A stretch of DNA of 64,000 bases from Candidatus Nitrospinota bacterium M3_3B_026 (lineage in GTDB: Bacteria; Nitrospinota_A; UBA7883; JBPRGF01). The stretch is taken from positions 96,001 to 160,000 of the forward strand of contig JBPRGF010000023.1 of the NCBI GenBank assembly GCA_051418015.1, given 5' to 3'. Position 1 is the stretch's first letter. Each line of letters starts with the position of its first letter. Under the pieces are notes generated by a model. It saw only the letters and a list, made by a program, of their open reading frames with translations. It did not search any database and was not told where the DNA came from. Shown here in pieces: positions 1 to 11,507 of the stretch. The position numbers were made by a program, and so were the translations under genes.

Positions 1-43
1 GGAGTAAAATCAAGCATTTTAAGAGGTTTCAGGGATCATTCTC

Positions 44-997
<954 letters not shown>

Positions 998-1015
998 CCG
1001 GGGGCGGACTCGACC

Positions 1016-1891
1016 ATGGCTGTAAAGCTCGTCGTCAACGGCTTTTTCAGAAGCGGCACGTCCGTGGCCTGGAAAATAATAAAGGAAAGCAACCCGGAGC
1101 TTTACGTCTTCTACGAGCCGTGCCACGAGATGATACTCGAACGCGTGAAAGACTTCAGGCGCGGCCGGGAGGTGGACAAGGTACATAATATGCGCCTGTG
1201 GGGCGAATACTCCCGCGTGCCATCCCTCATGAAGAAAATACGGTCAAAACACCCGAACCTCGGAAAGGGGAACATCCTGCCGAAAGACGCCCGCGCCGTG
1301 GTCGAATACGCGAGGATTTTCCACGAGCTGGACAGGGACAGCGTGTTGCAGACGAACAGGTGGAGCCTCTTCCTGGGGGAGCTTCACGGCGCCCTTGGCT
1401 GCGGCGTGATTCACATGATCCGAAACCCCTTCGACGTGTACGGCTCCATGTGGAACGTTTACATGAGACAGGGGACAGCGCCAAAGGTCCTGCTGAAGAA
1501 GGCTCTGAGGCCCTTTTTCGCCGGCCGCGCGTTCCACCTGCGGAGGATGTTCGATCTCGTCGTGAAAAAGTTTGGCGATCCCGGAGCGGGGGGCGGGACC
1601 GGCGCGTTCGACATGTTCCTGGCTGTCTGGATACATTTGAACCATCATGCCATACAGGCGGCGCGGCGGACGGGGGGCGCGGTCCTCGTGTACGAGGCGA
1701 TGACCCGCGACCCGGAAAGAGCCCGCGGGATGATCGAAAGCCGCGGAGCCGCCTTCAACCACGAGGGGGCGCTAAGAAAAAGCGAAAGACCGCGGTTTAT
1801 CGAGGAGCGAGAAAAAGAGATTCTTCTGAAAAAAGCCGGGGACATGTCACTGGAGGAGAAGATGAATATAATACTCGAGGAGACGGCATGA
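1016..1891 (+). CDS. Sulfotransferase-family protein
   Basis: N-terminal PAPS-loop-like GFFRSGTS, then FYEP, IHMIRNPFDVYGS and VLVYEAM. Confidence 0.7.
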   Translation: MAVKLVVNGFFRSGTSVAWKIIKESNPELYVFYEPCHEMILERVKDFRRGREVDKVHNMRLWGEYSRVPSLMKKIRSKHPNLGKGNILPKDARAVVEYARIFHELDRDSVLQTNRWSLFLGELHGALGCGVIHMIRNPFDVYGSMWNVYMRQGTAPKVLLKKALRPFFAGRAFHLRRMFDLVVKKFGDPGAGGGTGAFDMFLAVWIHLNHHAIQAARRTGGAVLVYEAMTRDPERARGMIESRGAAFNHEGALRKSERPRFIEEREKEILLKKAGDMSLEEKMNIILEETA

Positions 1892-1944
1892 CCCTGCCGG
1901 CTCCGGCCGCGTGGCGCGGCGCGCTAAGCAGCGCGGAGGAATAG

Positions 1945-3069
1945 TTGAAAATAGCCATTGACGTCCGCACGATAAGCAAGCCGCGCTCGGGCGTGGGCCA
2001 CTACGTCACGAACCTGATCCGCGAGCTGCAGGCGATAGACGGTGATAACAGCTACCTGTTGATATCCAACGACGGCGCCTACGAGACGGAGTTCTCCCCC
2101 CGCGCCAATTTCGAGAACTACAAAACGTGGATATCCAACGAAAACCACCTGGTAGGCGACCTGTGGGAGAGCCTGTGGCTGCCGGGAATGCTGAGAAAAC
2201 GTGGAGTGGACGTCTTCCACGGCCCGGCCTTCATGATCCCGCTGCGGCTTCCCGCCATGCGGGCAGTGGTCACCATCCACGACATCGTGGCCTTCATCAA
2301 GCCGGAGACGGTGCCGTTGAAATACGCCATGTACATGCGTTTTCTCATAAGCCTCGTGGCGCGCAAGGCTGACAGGATCATAACGCCCTCACAGTCCACG
2401 AAAAAAGACCTCGTGAACATATTGAGCATCCCCGAGGAAAGAATAAACGTCGTCTACGAGGCGGTCTCCGGGAAGTTCCGCCCCGCCGGGGACGCCGGCG
2501 TCCGCGCCGATGTGAAACGCAGGTTCGGCATACGTGACAGGTACATGCTCTTCGTGGGCAACCTTGAGCCAAGAAAAAACCTCGTCCGCCTGCTCAGGGC
2601 TTTCGAGGCGGCGCGGGAAAGACTCGGCGGCGCCTACCAGCTCGTGATCTGCGGCAAGAAAGGATGGCTCTACAAGGATATCCTGAAAACCTTCCGGGAA
2701 GTGGACAAGGGCGATGTCATCCTCACAAGCTACGTCAGCGATCCCGACCTGGTGGGGCTCTACCAGGGCGCGGACATGTTCGTTTTCCCCACCCTTTACG
2801 AAGGGTTCGGCCTGCCCGTCCTGGAGGCGATGGCCTGCGGCGCGCCGGTGATAAACTCCAACGTATCGTCCCTGCCGGAGATATCGGAGGACGCCTCCAT
2901 CCTCATAGACCCCCTGGACGTGGAGAGCATAAGCGAGGCCATGGTCAGGCTCGCCTTCTCCGAAAGCCTGAGAGACGAACTGCGGGAAAAGGGCCTGAGG
3001 CGCGCGGCCAGGTTTTCATGGACCGAGACGGCCAGAAAAACACTGGATGTATACCGGTCCGTCGCCTGA
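1945..3069 (+). CDS. GT4 (group 1) glycosyltransferase
   Basis: TTG start; VTIHD, VGNLEPRKN, FPTLYEGFGLPVLEAMACG. Confidence 0.92.
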   Translation: MKIAIDVRTISKPRSGVGHYVTNLIRELQAIDGDNSYLLISNDGAYETEFSPRANFENYKTWISNENHLVGDLWESLWLPGMLRKRGVDVFHGPAFMIPLRLPAMRAVVTIHDIVAFIKPETVPLKYAMYMRFLISLVARKADRIITPSQSTKKDLVNILSIPEERINVVYEAVSGKFRPAGDAGVRADVKRRFGIRDRYMLFVGNLEPRKNLVRLLRAFEAARERLGGAYQLVICGKKGWLYKDILKTFREVDKGDVILTSYVSDPDLVGLYQGADMFVFPTLYEGFGLPVLEAMACGAPVINSNVSSLPEISEDASILIDPLDVESISEAMVRLAFSESLRDELREKGLRRAARFSWTETARKTLDVYRSVA

Positions 3070-3099
3070 GGCCGCCCATAGACGCAGGGAGAGGGCGCG

Positions 3100-4263
3100 A
3101 TGATTTTTTACCTTGCCTGTCTTCTCGCCGTGATGGCGGTTGGCGCCGCCGGGGCGGCCTTCGTCTTTTTCTACCGCCCGTTCAGCCTCGGCCCGGAGCC
3201 GGGCGCGGCTTTGCCGGAGAGTTTTTTTGAGCCGCCAACTGGGCCGCCGCCCGGCCTCCGGCTCCTGTACGGCGGCGGCGAGGCGTTCGAGGCGATATTC
3301 GAGATCATCGGGAAAGCGGAGAGGTCCATAACGGTCCAGACTTTCATATGGGAGATGGACGACACCGGCGCCAGGATGGCCGGCGCGCTGCTGGCGGCGG
3401 CGGACAGGGGCGCGCGCGTGGTGATACGCAAGGATATGACGGGCGTCTACTTCGAGCTTCAAACCATGCTGCGGAAGGGGATACGGCCGGCGCTGCTCGA
3501 CCCCCGGATCAGGCGGAACCCCAATATCGACGTCCGCCTGAACATTCTAGGGTCCGCCGACCACAGCAAGTATTACATAGCCGACGGCCGCCGGGCGGTG
3601 TTCGGCGGGATGAACATAACCGACAACTGCCGCTTGCGATGGCGCGACTACATGGTCATGATCGATTCGGCCGAGTGGGCCGCCGGGTTTGAAAGGAAGG
3701 TCCTGGATGATGAAATCTGGCCGGAGGAAGCGCCTTTCAGGATTCTCACGAACAGCCGCCGCGCCCTCGAGATAAGGCCCGCGCTGTCGCAGGCGTTCTC
3801 CCGCGCCCGGGAAAGCGTGATCCTAGACCACGCCTATTTTTCCGACGAGACGATGATATCCGCCGTCATGGAAGCGGCCCGCCGCGGCGTGAAGGTGACG
3901 CTGATCCTGCCCCGCTCCCCGGACACGCACGGACTCGCCAACCTGGCCACGGTGAACCGTCTTCTCGCCTCGCTCCCGCCGGAACGGCTGGAGGTGTACC
4001 TTAATTCCCGCATGAGCCACGCCAAGGCCGCCCTCATCGACGGCGCCATCGCCTTCGTGGGATCGGCCAACCTCACCCACAGGAGCATGAGACGAAGCCG
4101 GGAGACGGTCCTCGCCCTCCACGGCCGCCCTGACGACCCTTTCATAGCGAAACTGCGGGAGAAGATGCTCGAGTCCATGGCCGAAAGCGAGCGCGTGACC
4201 GCGCCATTTGAGCTGGGCGCCGTGGGGCGCGTCCGGGCGCTTGTGGGAAAATACACATGGTGA
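3100..4263 (+). CDS. Phospholipase D / cardiolipin synthase-like protein
   Basis: Two HxKxxxxD motifs (HSKYYIAD..GGMN and HAKAALID..GSANL); N-terminal TM. Confidence 0.88.
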   Translation: MIFYLACLLAVMAVGAAGAAFVFFYRPFSLGPEPGAALPESFFEPPTGPPPGLRLLYGGGEAFEAIFEIIGKAERSITVQTFIWEMDDTGARMAGALLAAADRGARVVIRKDMTGVYFELQTMLRKGIRPALLDPRIRRNPNIDVRLNILGSADHSKYYIADGRRAVFGGMNITDNCRLRWRDYMVMIDSAEWAAGFERKVLDDEIWPEEAPFRILTNSRRALEIRPALSQAFSRARESVILDHAYFSDETMISAVMEAARRGVKVTLILPRSPDTHGLANLATVNRLLASLPPERLEVYLNSRMSHAKAALIDGAIAFVGSANLTHRSMRRSRETVLALHGRPDDPFIAKLREKMLESMAESERVTAPFELGAVGRVRALVGKYTW

Positions 4264-4326
4264 AAACCGGAACACAGCCTGAAGCTCCCCCTCAAAATGT
4301 CCGGCCCGATCCCTTATAATCTCACG

Positions 4327-5415
4327 ATGAGCGTGATAAAAACAGCCGCGGCTATACTGGCCCTTTGCTGGGCGGGCGCGGCGGCGGCCCAGCCTTTTTT
4401 CGGTTCGGATCTTGTCTTTCCCCCAAAGGGGTTCGGAAGGCCCCACGGCGCCTCCATGGTGGAGCTTGAAAACGGCGGCATACTGGCGACGTGGTTTTCC
4501 TCCAGGGAGGAGACGACCAAAGACGCGAGGATCTTCGGCGCGGAATGGAGCAGAAAAACGGGAAAGTGGACTGACCCCAGGACGATCATCCCCGACGACT
4601 ACTCAAAATCCGTCGGCAACACGGCCCTGTTCCGCGACGACGACGGCGTAATATGGATGTTCTTCGCCGCGGTGGTCGCTGGCGGGTGGAGCGGGGCGGT
4701 GGTGGACTACGTCCAGTCCCGCGACGAGGGGAGGACGTGGAGCGGGGGTGAAAGACTCGTCGGCTGGCCCGGCAACCTGCCGAGGAACACCCCGATCCGC
4801 GTGGGGAGGCGCCAGATGCTCGTCCCGCTTTTCGTCGATTTCTGGTACGAAGCCGGCCTCGTCGGCGCCTACACCGCTCTCATAAAGTACAAGGACGGAA
4901 ATATCCTGGAGAAAAAGTACGCCTCCATGGACGACGAGGACGCCATACAGCCCGCCGTGGTAAAACTGTCCGACGGCCGGATACTGGCCCTGATGCGGGA
5001 CAAGACCGACAGGTTCATCCGCAGGGCCTGGTCAGACGACGGGGGCGAGAGCTGGTCGCCCGTCACGATGACCACGCTGCCGAATCCCGGCGCGGCCATC
5101 CACGCCATATATATTGATGAGCTGTCCGCCGTCCTGCTGGCCTACAACCATTCCAGGAAGGGCCGGAACCCTCTTTCGCTGGCCGTCTCCACGGACGGCG
5201 GGATGACTTTCAAAAGGATCGCCGACCTTGAGAGAGAACCGGGGGACGAGGAGGCGAGCTTTTCGTACCCCACGCTCCTTCGGACGAAGGACGGGTTGAT
5301 CCACGCCATCTGGTCCCACGACTCCCGCGCCACGTTAAAGCACGTCAGGTTCAACATCGACTGGCTGATGGAGCGCATGGCGCGCCACGGCCCGGACGGA
5401 GAGAAAAAGCCCTGA
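4327..5415 (+). CDS. Exported BNR-repeat (sialidase-fold) protein
   Basis: Signal peptide; Asp boxes SRDEGRTW, SDDGGESW, STDGGMTF; LPNP and FSYP. Start chosen at ATG 4327. Confidence 0.8.
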   Translation: MSVIKTAAAILALCWAGAAAAQPFFGSDLVFPPKGFGRPHGASMVELENGGILATWFSSREETTKDARIFGAEWSRKTGKWTDPRTIIPDDYSKSVGNTALFRDDDGVIWMFFAAVVAGGWSGAVVDYVQSRDEGRTWSGGERLVGWPGNLPRNTPIRVGRRQMLVPLFVDFWYEAGLVGAYTALIKYKDGNILEKKYASMDDEDAIQPAVVKLSDGRILALMRDKTDRFIRRAWSDDGGESWSPVTMTTLPNPGAAIHAIYIDELSAVLLAYNHSRKGRNPLSLAVSTDGGMTFKRIADLEREPGDEEASFSYPTLLRTKDGLIHAIWSHDSRATLKHVRFNIDWLMERMARHGPDGEKKP

Positions 5416-5523
5416 CCCTCCCCGCGTTTGCTGGTAAAATGCCGGGCCACTTGACATGATCTTCACATAAGGATATTTTTCTAGCCTTTATCCTTGCTTG
5501 ACGATTTCATCATGGTTGACAGT

Positions 5524-6465
5524 ATGAACCCGGACACCGCTTTCGTCTTTCCCGGCCAGGGGTCGCAGTTTGTCGGGATGGGCGCCTCCATCATCGAGTC
5601 CCGCCGGGAGGCGGCCGCCCGCATGGAGGAGGCCGGCGATGTCCTTGGATTCGACATAGGCCGCCTCATCGCCGAGGGGCCGGAGGACCAGCTCGCCCTC
5701 ACCGCCAACACCCAGCCCGCCATACTGCTGGTGTCGTATATTGCCCTGGAGGCCCTGCTCGGCCGCGAGCCGATAGAGCCCGTGGCGGCGGCGGGGCACA
5801 GCCTTGGGGAGTTCACCGCCTGCCTGGCGGCGGGGGCCATCGGTTTCGCCGACGCCCTGCGGCTCGTGCGCAAAAGAGGCGAGCTGATGCAGTCCGCCGC
5901 GCCCGTGGGCGTGGGGGCCATGGCGGCCGTCATCGGCCTTGACGCGGACACTGTCGCGGCGGCTTGCGCCGAGGCGGGGGGGATGGCGGCTCCGGCGAAC
6001 TTCAACAGCCCGGAGCAGACGGTGATAGCGGGCGAGACAGCGGCGGTGGAGCGGGCCATGGAAATCGCGAAGGAGAAGGGCGCGAAAAAGGCCGTCCGGC
6101 TGCAGGTGAGCGCGCCGTTCCACACCTCGATGATGGAACCCGCGCGGGCCGGGCTGGCGGAGTTCATGGAGACGATAGAGTTTTCGGACCCGCGTTTCCC
6201 CGTGATACGCAACGTCGACGCCAGCGCGTCACGGACGGCGGAAGAGGTCAAAGACGGGCTCATCCGGCAGGTGACAGGTTGCGTGCGATGGGTGGACTCC
6301 GTGATGGAGATAAAACGGATGGGGGTGGGACGCGTCCTGGAGGTGGGGCCGGGCAGGACGCTTTGCGGCCTTATAAAGAGGATAGACAGGTCCATCGAGA
6401 CATCGCCCGCCGGGTCGATGGAAGATATGGACAGGATCGTGGAGGCGTATCATGGGCAGGCTTGA
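5524..6465 (+). CDS. fabD: Malonyl-CoA:ACP transacylase
   Basis: FVFPGQGSQ, TQPAI, GHSLGE and VSAPFH motifs; fab operon context. Confidence 0.95.
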   Translation: MNPDTAFVFPGQGSQFVGMGASIIESRREAAARMEEAGDVLGFDIGRLIAEGPEDQLALTANTQPAILLVSYIALEALLGREPIEPVAAAGHSLGEFTACLAAGAIGFADALRLVRKRGELMQSAAPVGVGAMAAVIGLDADTVAAACAEAGGMAAPANFNSPEQTVIAGETAAVERAMEIAKEKGAKKAVRLQVSAPFHTSMMEPARAGLAEFMETIEFSDPRFPVIRNVDASASRTAEEVKDGLIRQVTGCVRWVDSVMEIKRMGVGRVLEVGPGRTLCGLIKRIDRSIETSPAGSMEDMDRIVEAYHGQA

Positions 6466-7195
6466 GGGCATGGCGGCCATTGTGACAGGCGCGGCCAGGG
6501 GCATCGGCCGGGCGGTGGCGGAGGCTTTCGCCGCCGAGGGGGCGGACCTTGCCCTCGTCACGCTGAAAAGCCCGCTGGACAGCCTCGCCGAGAGCCTGCG
6601 GGCGAGGGGCGCACGCGTGGAGATATTCACCGGCGACGTGGCGGACGCCGCCTTCGCGAAGAAGACGGTGGACGGCGCCGCGGAGTCCTTCGGGAAGGTG
6701 GACATACTCGTCAACAACGCCGGGATCACCAGGGACGGGCTTTTGATGCGTATGTCCGAGGAGGATTTCGACGAGGTGATAAGGGTGAACCTGAAGGGCG
6801 CCTTCAACATGACGAAAGCCGCGGCGGCCAGGATGGTAAGGGCGCGGCGGGGCAGGATAATAAACGTCTCGTCGGTGGTGGGCCAGGTGGGGAACGCCGG
6901 GCAGGCCAACTACGCCTCTTCGAAGGCGGGCCTTCTGGGGATGACCAAGTCCGCCGCCCGGGAGCTTGCGCCGAGGGGGATCACCGTCAACGCGGTGGCC
7001 CCCGGGTTCATAGAGACCGACATGACGGCGTCCCTGCCTGAAAAGGTCAGGGAGGAGACCCTGAAGGCGATCCCCCTCGGCAGGTTCGGGAAGGCTCCGG
7101 ACGTGGCCGCGGCGGCGGTGTTCCTGGCCTCTGAGGAGGCGGGATACATCACCGGGGCCACAATTTCCGTAAACGGCGGCATGGCCATGATTTAA
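6452..7195 (+). CDS. fabG: 3-oxoacyl-ACP reductase
   Basis: TGAARGIG, NNAGITRD, GNAGQANYASSK, APGFIETDMT. Confidence 0.95.
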   Translation: MGRLEGMAAIVTGAARGIGRAVAEAFAAEGADLALVTLKSPLDSLAESLRARGARVEIFTGDVADAAFAKKTVDGAAESFGKVDILVNNAGITRDGLLMRMSEEDFDEVIRVNLKGAFNMTKAAAARMVRARRGRIINVSSVVGQVGNAGQANYASSKAGLLGMTKSAARELAPRGITVNAVAPGFIETDMTASLPEKVREETLKAIPLGRFGKAPDVAAAAVFLASEEAGYITGATISVNGGMAMI

Positions 7196-7258
7196 GGCTT
7201 GGCTTTTGCCGGGATTCTATTACAATAACTCAACGGCGTTTCACAGGAGAAGGAGAGC

Positions 7259-7498
7259 ATGTCGATAGAAGATAAGGTCAAGTCGATCATAGTGGAACAG
7301 CTGGAGGTGGACTCCGAAAAGGTCACCCCCGAAGCCAAATTCGACGCGGACCTGAACGCGGACTCGCTCGACGTGGTCGAGCTGGTGATGGCGTTCGAGG
7401 AGGCGTTTGACATCGAAATACCGGACGAGGACGCGGAGAAGATACAGACCGTTCAACAAGCGATAGACTACATAGCGGCCACCGCGAAAAAAGACTGA
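7259..7498 (+). CDS. acpP: Acyl carrier protein
   Basis: [18 protein letters not shown] phosphopantetheine site; AGGAG SD. Confidence 0.97.
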   Translation: MSIEDKVKSIIVEQLEVDSEKVTPEAKFDADLNADSLDVVELVMAFEEAFDIEIPDEDAEKIQTVQQAIDYIAATAKKD

Positions 7499-7586
7499 CC
7501 GCGCCCTCCAGCCCCGCGCGTTCCAGCGCGGCCGTGGCCGGCGCCATGATGATTATTTTCCAGCGATTTCTCTCAGCGGACAGCCG

Positions 7587-8837
7587 ATGAAAAAAGTCGC
7601 CGTAACGGGCCTTGGCATGATAACCCCCCTCGGCGTCGGCGTCGAAAAGACGTGGGCGAACGCCGTGGAGGGCCGCTCCGGCATAGGCCCCATAACACGA
7701 TTCGACGCCTCCGGATATCCCTGCCGGATAGCGGGTGAGGTGAAGGGCTTCGATCCGCTCGATCACATGGAGGGCAAGGAGGCGAAGAAGATGGACACCT
7801 TCATCCATTACGCCATCGCCTCCACCCGGTTCGCCCTGGAGGACGCGGGGATAGACGCGGACCGGCTGACCGAGGCCGAGCGGGAGCGTTTCGGCGTGGT
7901 GATCGGGACGGGGATAGGCGGACTGCCGGAGATAGAGAAGACCGCCAACGTGCTCAAGGACCGGGGACCGCGCAAGGTCTCGCCCTTCTTCATCCCCGCG
8001 GTGCTGGCCAACCTGGCCACGGGGCAGGTGACCATACATTTCAAGCTTAAAGGCCCCAGCGGCTGCCCCGTGACGGCCTGCACCACCGGATCCTCGGCCA
8101 TAGGCGACGCGGCGAGGATGATAGAGCGCGGCGACGTGGACATCGTAGTGGCCGGGGGGACCGAGGCGGCCATCACGGGGCTCGGCGTGGCCGGGTTCGC
8201 GGCCTCCAGGGCGCTGAGCAGAAGAAACGACGAGCCCGAGAAAGCCAGCCGCCCCTTTGACCGGGACCGGGACGGCTTCGTGATGGGCGAGGGCGCCGGC
8301 GTGATGGTGCTGGAGAGCAGGGAACACGCGGAAGCGCGCGGCGCGAGGGTCTACGCGGACCTCATAGGCTACGGCATGAGCTCCGACGCCTACCACATAA
8401 CCGCGCCGCCGCCGGATGGCTCCGGCGCGGTGGTGTGCATGAGCCACGCCATCCGCGACGCGGGGATCCTCCCGGAGCGGATTGACTACATAAACGCCCA
8501 CGCCACGTCCACCATGGCCGACGCCATCGAGACCCAGGCCATCAGACGGGCTTTCGGGGAGAGCGCGGACAGGCTGGTGGTCTCCTCGACGAAATCGATG
8601 ACCGGCCACCTGCTCGGCGCGGCTGGGGGCATAGAGGCGATATTCGCCGTCAAGGCGATCGAAACGGGAATCATCCCGCCGACCATAAACCTGGACAACC
8701 CGGATCCGGAGTGCGACCTTTTCTACGCCCCCAACAAGGCGGTGGAAAGGAAGGTGAGTTTCGCCCTGTCGAACTCGTTCGGCTTCGGCGGGGTGAACGG
8801 CAGCCTCGTTTTCGCAAGGAGCGGGGAGGACGATTAA
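7587..8837 (+). CDS. fabF: Beta-ketoacyl-ACP synthase II
   Basis: TAC active site, SRPFDRDRDGFVMGEG, NAHATST, KSMTGHLLGAAG, SNSFGFGG. Confidence 0.95.
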   Translation: MKKVAVTGLGMITPLGVGVEKTWANAVEGRSGIGPITRFDASGYPCRIAGEVKGFDPLDHMEGKEAKKMDTFIHYAIASTRFALEDAGIDADRLTEAERERFGVVIGTGIGGLPEIEKTANVLKDRGPRKVSPFFIPAVLANLATGQVTIHFKLKGPSGCPVTACTTGSSAIGDAARMIERGDVDIVVAGGTEAAITGLGVAGFAASRALSRRNDEPEKASRPFDRDRDGFVMGEGAGVMVLESREHAEARGARVYADLIGYGMSSDAYHITAPPPDGSGAVVCMSHAIRDAGILPERIDYINAHATSTMADAIETQAIRRAFGESADRLVVSSTKSMTGHLLGAAGGIEAIFAVKAIETGIIPPTINLDNPDPECDLFYAPNKAVERKVSFALSNSFGFGGVNGSLVFARSGEDD

Positions 8838-8902
8838 CGGCCCGTTGTTTTTCATGATTTCTCCCAAAACAATCTCCCCCGAGCCTGGAGGCGGCGCCTG
8901 TC

Positions 8903-9649
8903 GTGGCAGTGGATGACGAAAGGAAAAAGGAGCTTTTAGCCCTTTCGGAGCGGCTGGGCCACGCCTTTCGCGACCTGGAGCTTCTGAACGTGGCCCTCAC
9001 CCACAGGTCCTACGCCAACGAGAGGGTGGACGAGCAGGTGGAAGACAACGAGAGGATGGAGTTTCTGGGCGACTCCGTCCTGGATCTCATAGTCTCCCGC
9101 TACCTTCTTTTCCTTGGCGACGACATGAGCGAGGGGGAACTGTCCCGCATCCGCTCCCAGCTCGTGAACGAAACCTCCCTGGCGAGGTTCGCCCGCGACA
9201 TAGGCCTCGGCGGGTACCTTCTGCTCGGCAAGGGAGAGGAAGGATCCGGGGGCAGGGACAAAAACTCCATCCTGGCCAACGCCTTCGAGGCCGTCGTCGC
9301 CGCCGTGTTTCTCGACTCGTCCTTCGACATAGCCTATCAGTCCCTGCTCGGCCTGCTGAAGGACGCCATAGACGACACCGTGTGCCTCAAGGGAGTGAGC
9401 GACTACAAGGGCCAGCTCCAGAAGCTGATGAAGGCCATGGGCCTTGCGAACCCTTCGTACAGGCTCGTGGAGGAGGCCGGGCCCGATCATTGCAAAACCT
9501 TCAAGGCGCAGGCCCTGGTCATGGGCGAGCCGTGGGGCGTCGGCGTCGGCCGGGCCAAGAAGGAGGCCGAGCAGGCGGCGGCGAGGGAGGCCTACGAGAG
9601 AGTCAGGAACCTGCGTGAGCCGCCGGATGATTTCAAACCCTGCGAATAG
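8903..9649 (+). CDS. rnc: Ribonuclease III
   Basis: ALTHRS, NERMEFLGDSVL; C-terminal dsRBD (DYKGQLQ..KKEAEQAAA). Confidence 0.95.
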   Translation: MAVDDERKKELLALSERLGHAFRDLELLNVALTHRSYANERVDEQVEDNERMEFLGDSVLDLIVSRYLLFLGDDMSEGELSRIRSQLVNETSLARFARDIGLGGYLLLGKGEEGSGGRDKNSILANAFEAVVAAVFLDSSFDIAYQSLLGLLKDAIDDTVCLKGVSDYKGQLQKLMKAMGLANPSYRLVEEAGPDHCKTFKAQALVMGEPWGVGVGRAKKEAEQAAAREAYERVRNLREPPDDFKPCE

Positions 9650-10307
9650 GCCCCGGCCGGCGGGCGCCGTCGCCCTGGCGGAGCTTTACGCCTCCATACA
9701 GGGGGAGGGAACCCGCGTGGGGCGGCCGTGCGTCTTCGTCCGTCTCGCGGGCTGCAACCTGGAATGCGTCTACTGCGACTCGGAACACGCCGCCAGGGGC
9801 GAGGGGATTCTGACCGGCGTGGGAGATATCGTCTCGCGGGTCAGGGGATACGGCGTCCGCCTCGTACAGGTCACCGGCGGTGAGCCGCTGATCCAGCCCG
9901 CGGCGGGGGAGCTTGTCACGAGTCTTCTGGACGCGGGGCTCGAGGTTGTCGTGGAGACCAACGGGACCGTGGACATCGGCCTTTTCGACCGGCGGGCCTC
10001 CTGCGTCGTGGACATAAAGACCCCCGGCTCCGGCGCGGGCGGCTCTTTCCTGGAGGCGAACTTCGACCGGCTCCGCCCGGACGACGAGGTAAAGTTCGTG
10101 GTGGTCTCCCGCGAGGATTTCGACTGGGCGATGTCAGTCGTCAGGGAGAGGCGGCTTCACGAGCGGCTGACCGTCCTGTTCTCCGCGGCGTGGGGGATGG
10201 TCGGCCTCAAGGAGCTGGCCTCGTGGATCATCGGGTCCGGGCTGGACATCAGGCTTAACCCGCAGTTGCACAAACATATCTGGAGCCCGGACGCGCGGGG
10301 GGTTTAG
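9627..10307 (+). CDS. queE: Radical SAM 7-carboxy-7-deazaguanine synthase
   Basis: SIQGEG, FVRLAGCNLECVYCDS, TGGEP, ETNG, QLHKHIW; start uncertain, overlaps the rnc end. Confidence 0.85.
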   Translation: MISNPANRPRPAGAVALAELYASIQGEGTRVGRPCVFVRLAGCNLECVYCDSEHAARGEGILTGVGDIVSRVRGYGVRLVQVTGGEPLIQPAAGELVTSLLDAGLEVVVETNGTVDIGLFDRRASCVVDIKTPGSGAGGSFLEANFDRLRPDDEVKFVVVSREDFDWAMSVVRERRLHERLTVLFSAAWGMVGLKELASWIIGSGLDIRLNPQLHKHIWSPDARGV

Positions 10308-10323
10308 AGAAACGCCGTCAGCC

Positions 10324-11445
10324 CTATCCGCTCACCAGGCGCATTATGTCGTTGTAGAACGCGAACAGCATGAGGCTGATGAGCAGGAAAAGGCCCACCT
10401 GCTGGGCTATCTCCTGCGCCTTCAGCTGCACCGGCCTGCCGAGCAGCGCCTCGATGGAGAAAAAGACCAGGTGCCCGCCGTCGAGTATCGGGATGGGCAG
10501 AAGGTTCAGTATCCCCAGGTTGATCGAGATTATCGCCAGAAACATCATCAGGTTCACAGCCCCCAGGGACGCGGCCTCCCCGGCTATCTGCATGATGCCG
10601 ATGGGGCCCGCTATCTGGTCCGCCGGTATGTCGCGGTTTATGAGCTTGTAGATCGACCACACGATGAGAACGGTCTTGTCCCATGTCCACTCCACCCCCT
10701 TCACGAACGCCTGGCCGGGCGGATAGCTTTTTATCACCGGGCGGGGGCTCACGCCGATGAGGCCGATAACCAGCGTCTCGCCCTCAAGGGTCTTCACCTC
10801 GCGCCGTTCCGGCGTAACCGTAAGCTCGGCTCTTTCGCCCCCTTCGCGGGACACCTCCACGGTGATAGCCTCTTCCGGCAAGGCGTGTATAGTGTCCCTG
10901 ATCTGATCCCACGAGCCCACGGCGGCGCCGTTTATGGCCTCGATGGTGTCGCCGGGCAGGAAACCGGCCTGGGCGGCGGGCGACTCTTCCTTCACCACTT
11001 CGATGGTCGTGGACGGCCGCTCCGGCACGCCGATCATGGCCGCGCCGGCCACTATGAATATCGCCAGCAGGATGTTGGAGACGGGCCCCGCGGCGACGAT
11101 CATCAGGCGCTTCCATACCGCCTGGCTCAAAAACGAGTCCTCCGCGTCCTCCACGGGGAGGGCCTCCGGGTCGTCGCCGTAAAACTTGACGTAGCCGCCG
11201 AGGGGTATCCAGGAGAGCATGTACTCAGTGTCCCCCCGCCGCCAGCCCGCTATCTTCGGGCCGAAGCCTATGGAAAACTTCTCCACGCGGACGCCCACCA
11301 GCCGGGCGGTGATGAAATGCCCGAACTCGTGGACGACTATCAGGACCGCCAGCGCGGCGATGGCCGACGCGCCGAAGGTGAACCAGCCGTAGAGCCTGTC
11401 GATGGTCACGCCCTCCATGAAGGAGAGCAGGGTATAGACGCTCAT
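10324..11445 (-). CDS. rseP: Site-2 intramembrane zinc protease with PDZ domain
   Basis: HEFGH, FSIGFGP, IPLGGYVK, NLLPIPILDGGH. Confidence 0.95.
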   Translation of the reverse strand: MSVYTLLSFMEGVTIDRLYGWFTFGASAIAALAVLIVVHEFGHFITARLVGVRVEKFSIGFGPKIAGWRRGDTEYMLSWIPLGGYVKFYGDDPEALPVEDAEDSFLSQAVWKRLMIVAAGPVSNILLAIFIVAGAAMIGVPERPSTTIEVVKEESPAAQAGFLPGDTIEAINGAAVGSWDQIRDTIHALPEEAITVEVSREGGERAELTVTPERREVKTLEGETLVIGLIGVSPRPVIKSYPPGQAFVKGVEWTWDKTVLIVWSIYKLINRDIPADQIAGPIGIMQIAGEAASLGAVNLMMFLAIISINLGILNLLPIPILDGGHLVFFSIEALLGRPVQLKAQEIAQQVGLFLLISLMLFAFYNDIMRLVSG

Positions 11446-11507
11446 CTCCCGAAAAAAACCTCCTCCTTAAAAACCGCCGCGGGCCGGGAAAAAAAACCCT
11501 TCCGGGA

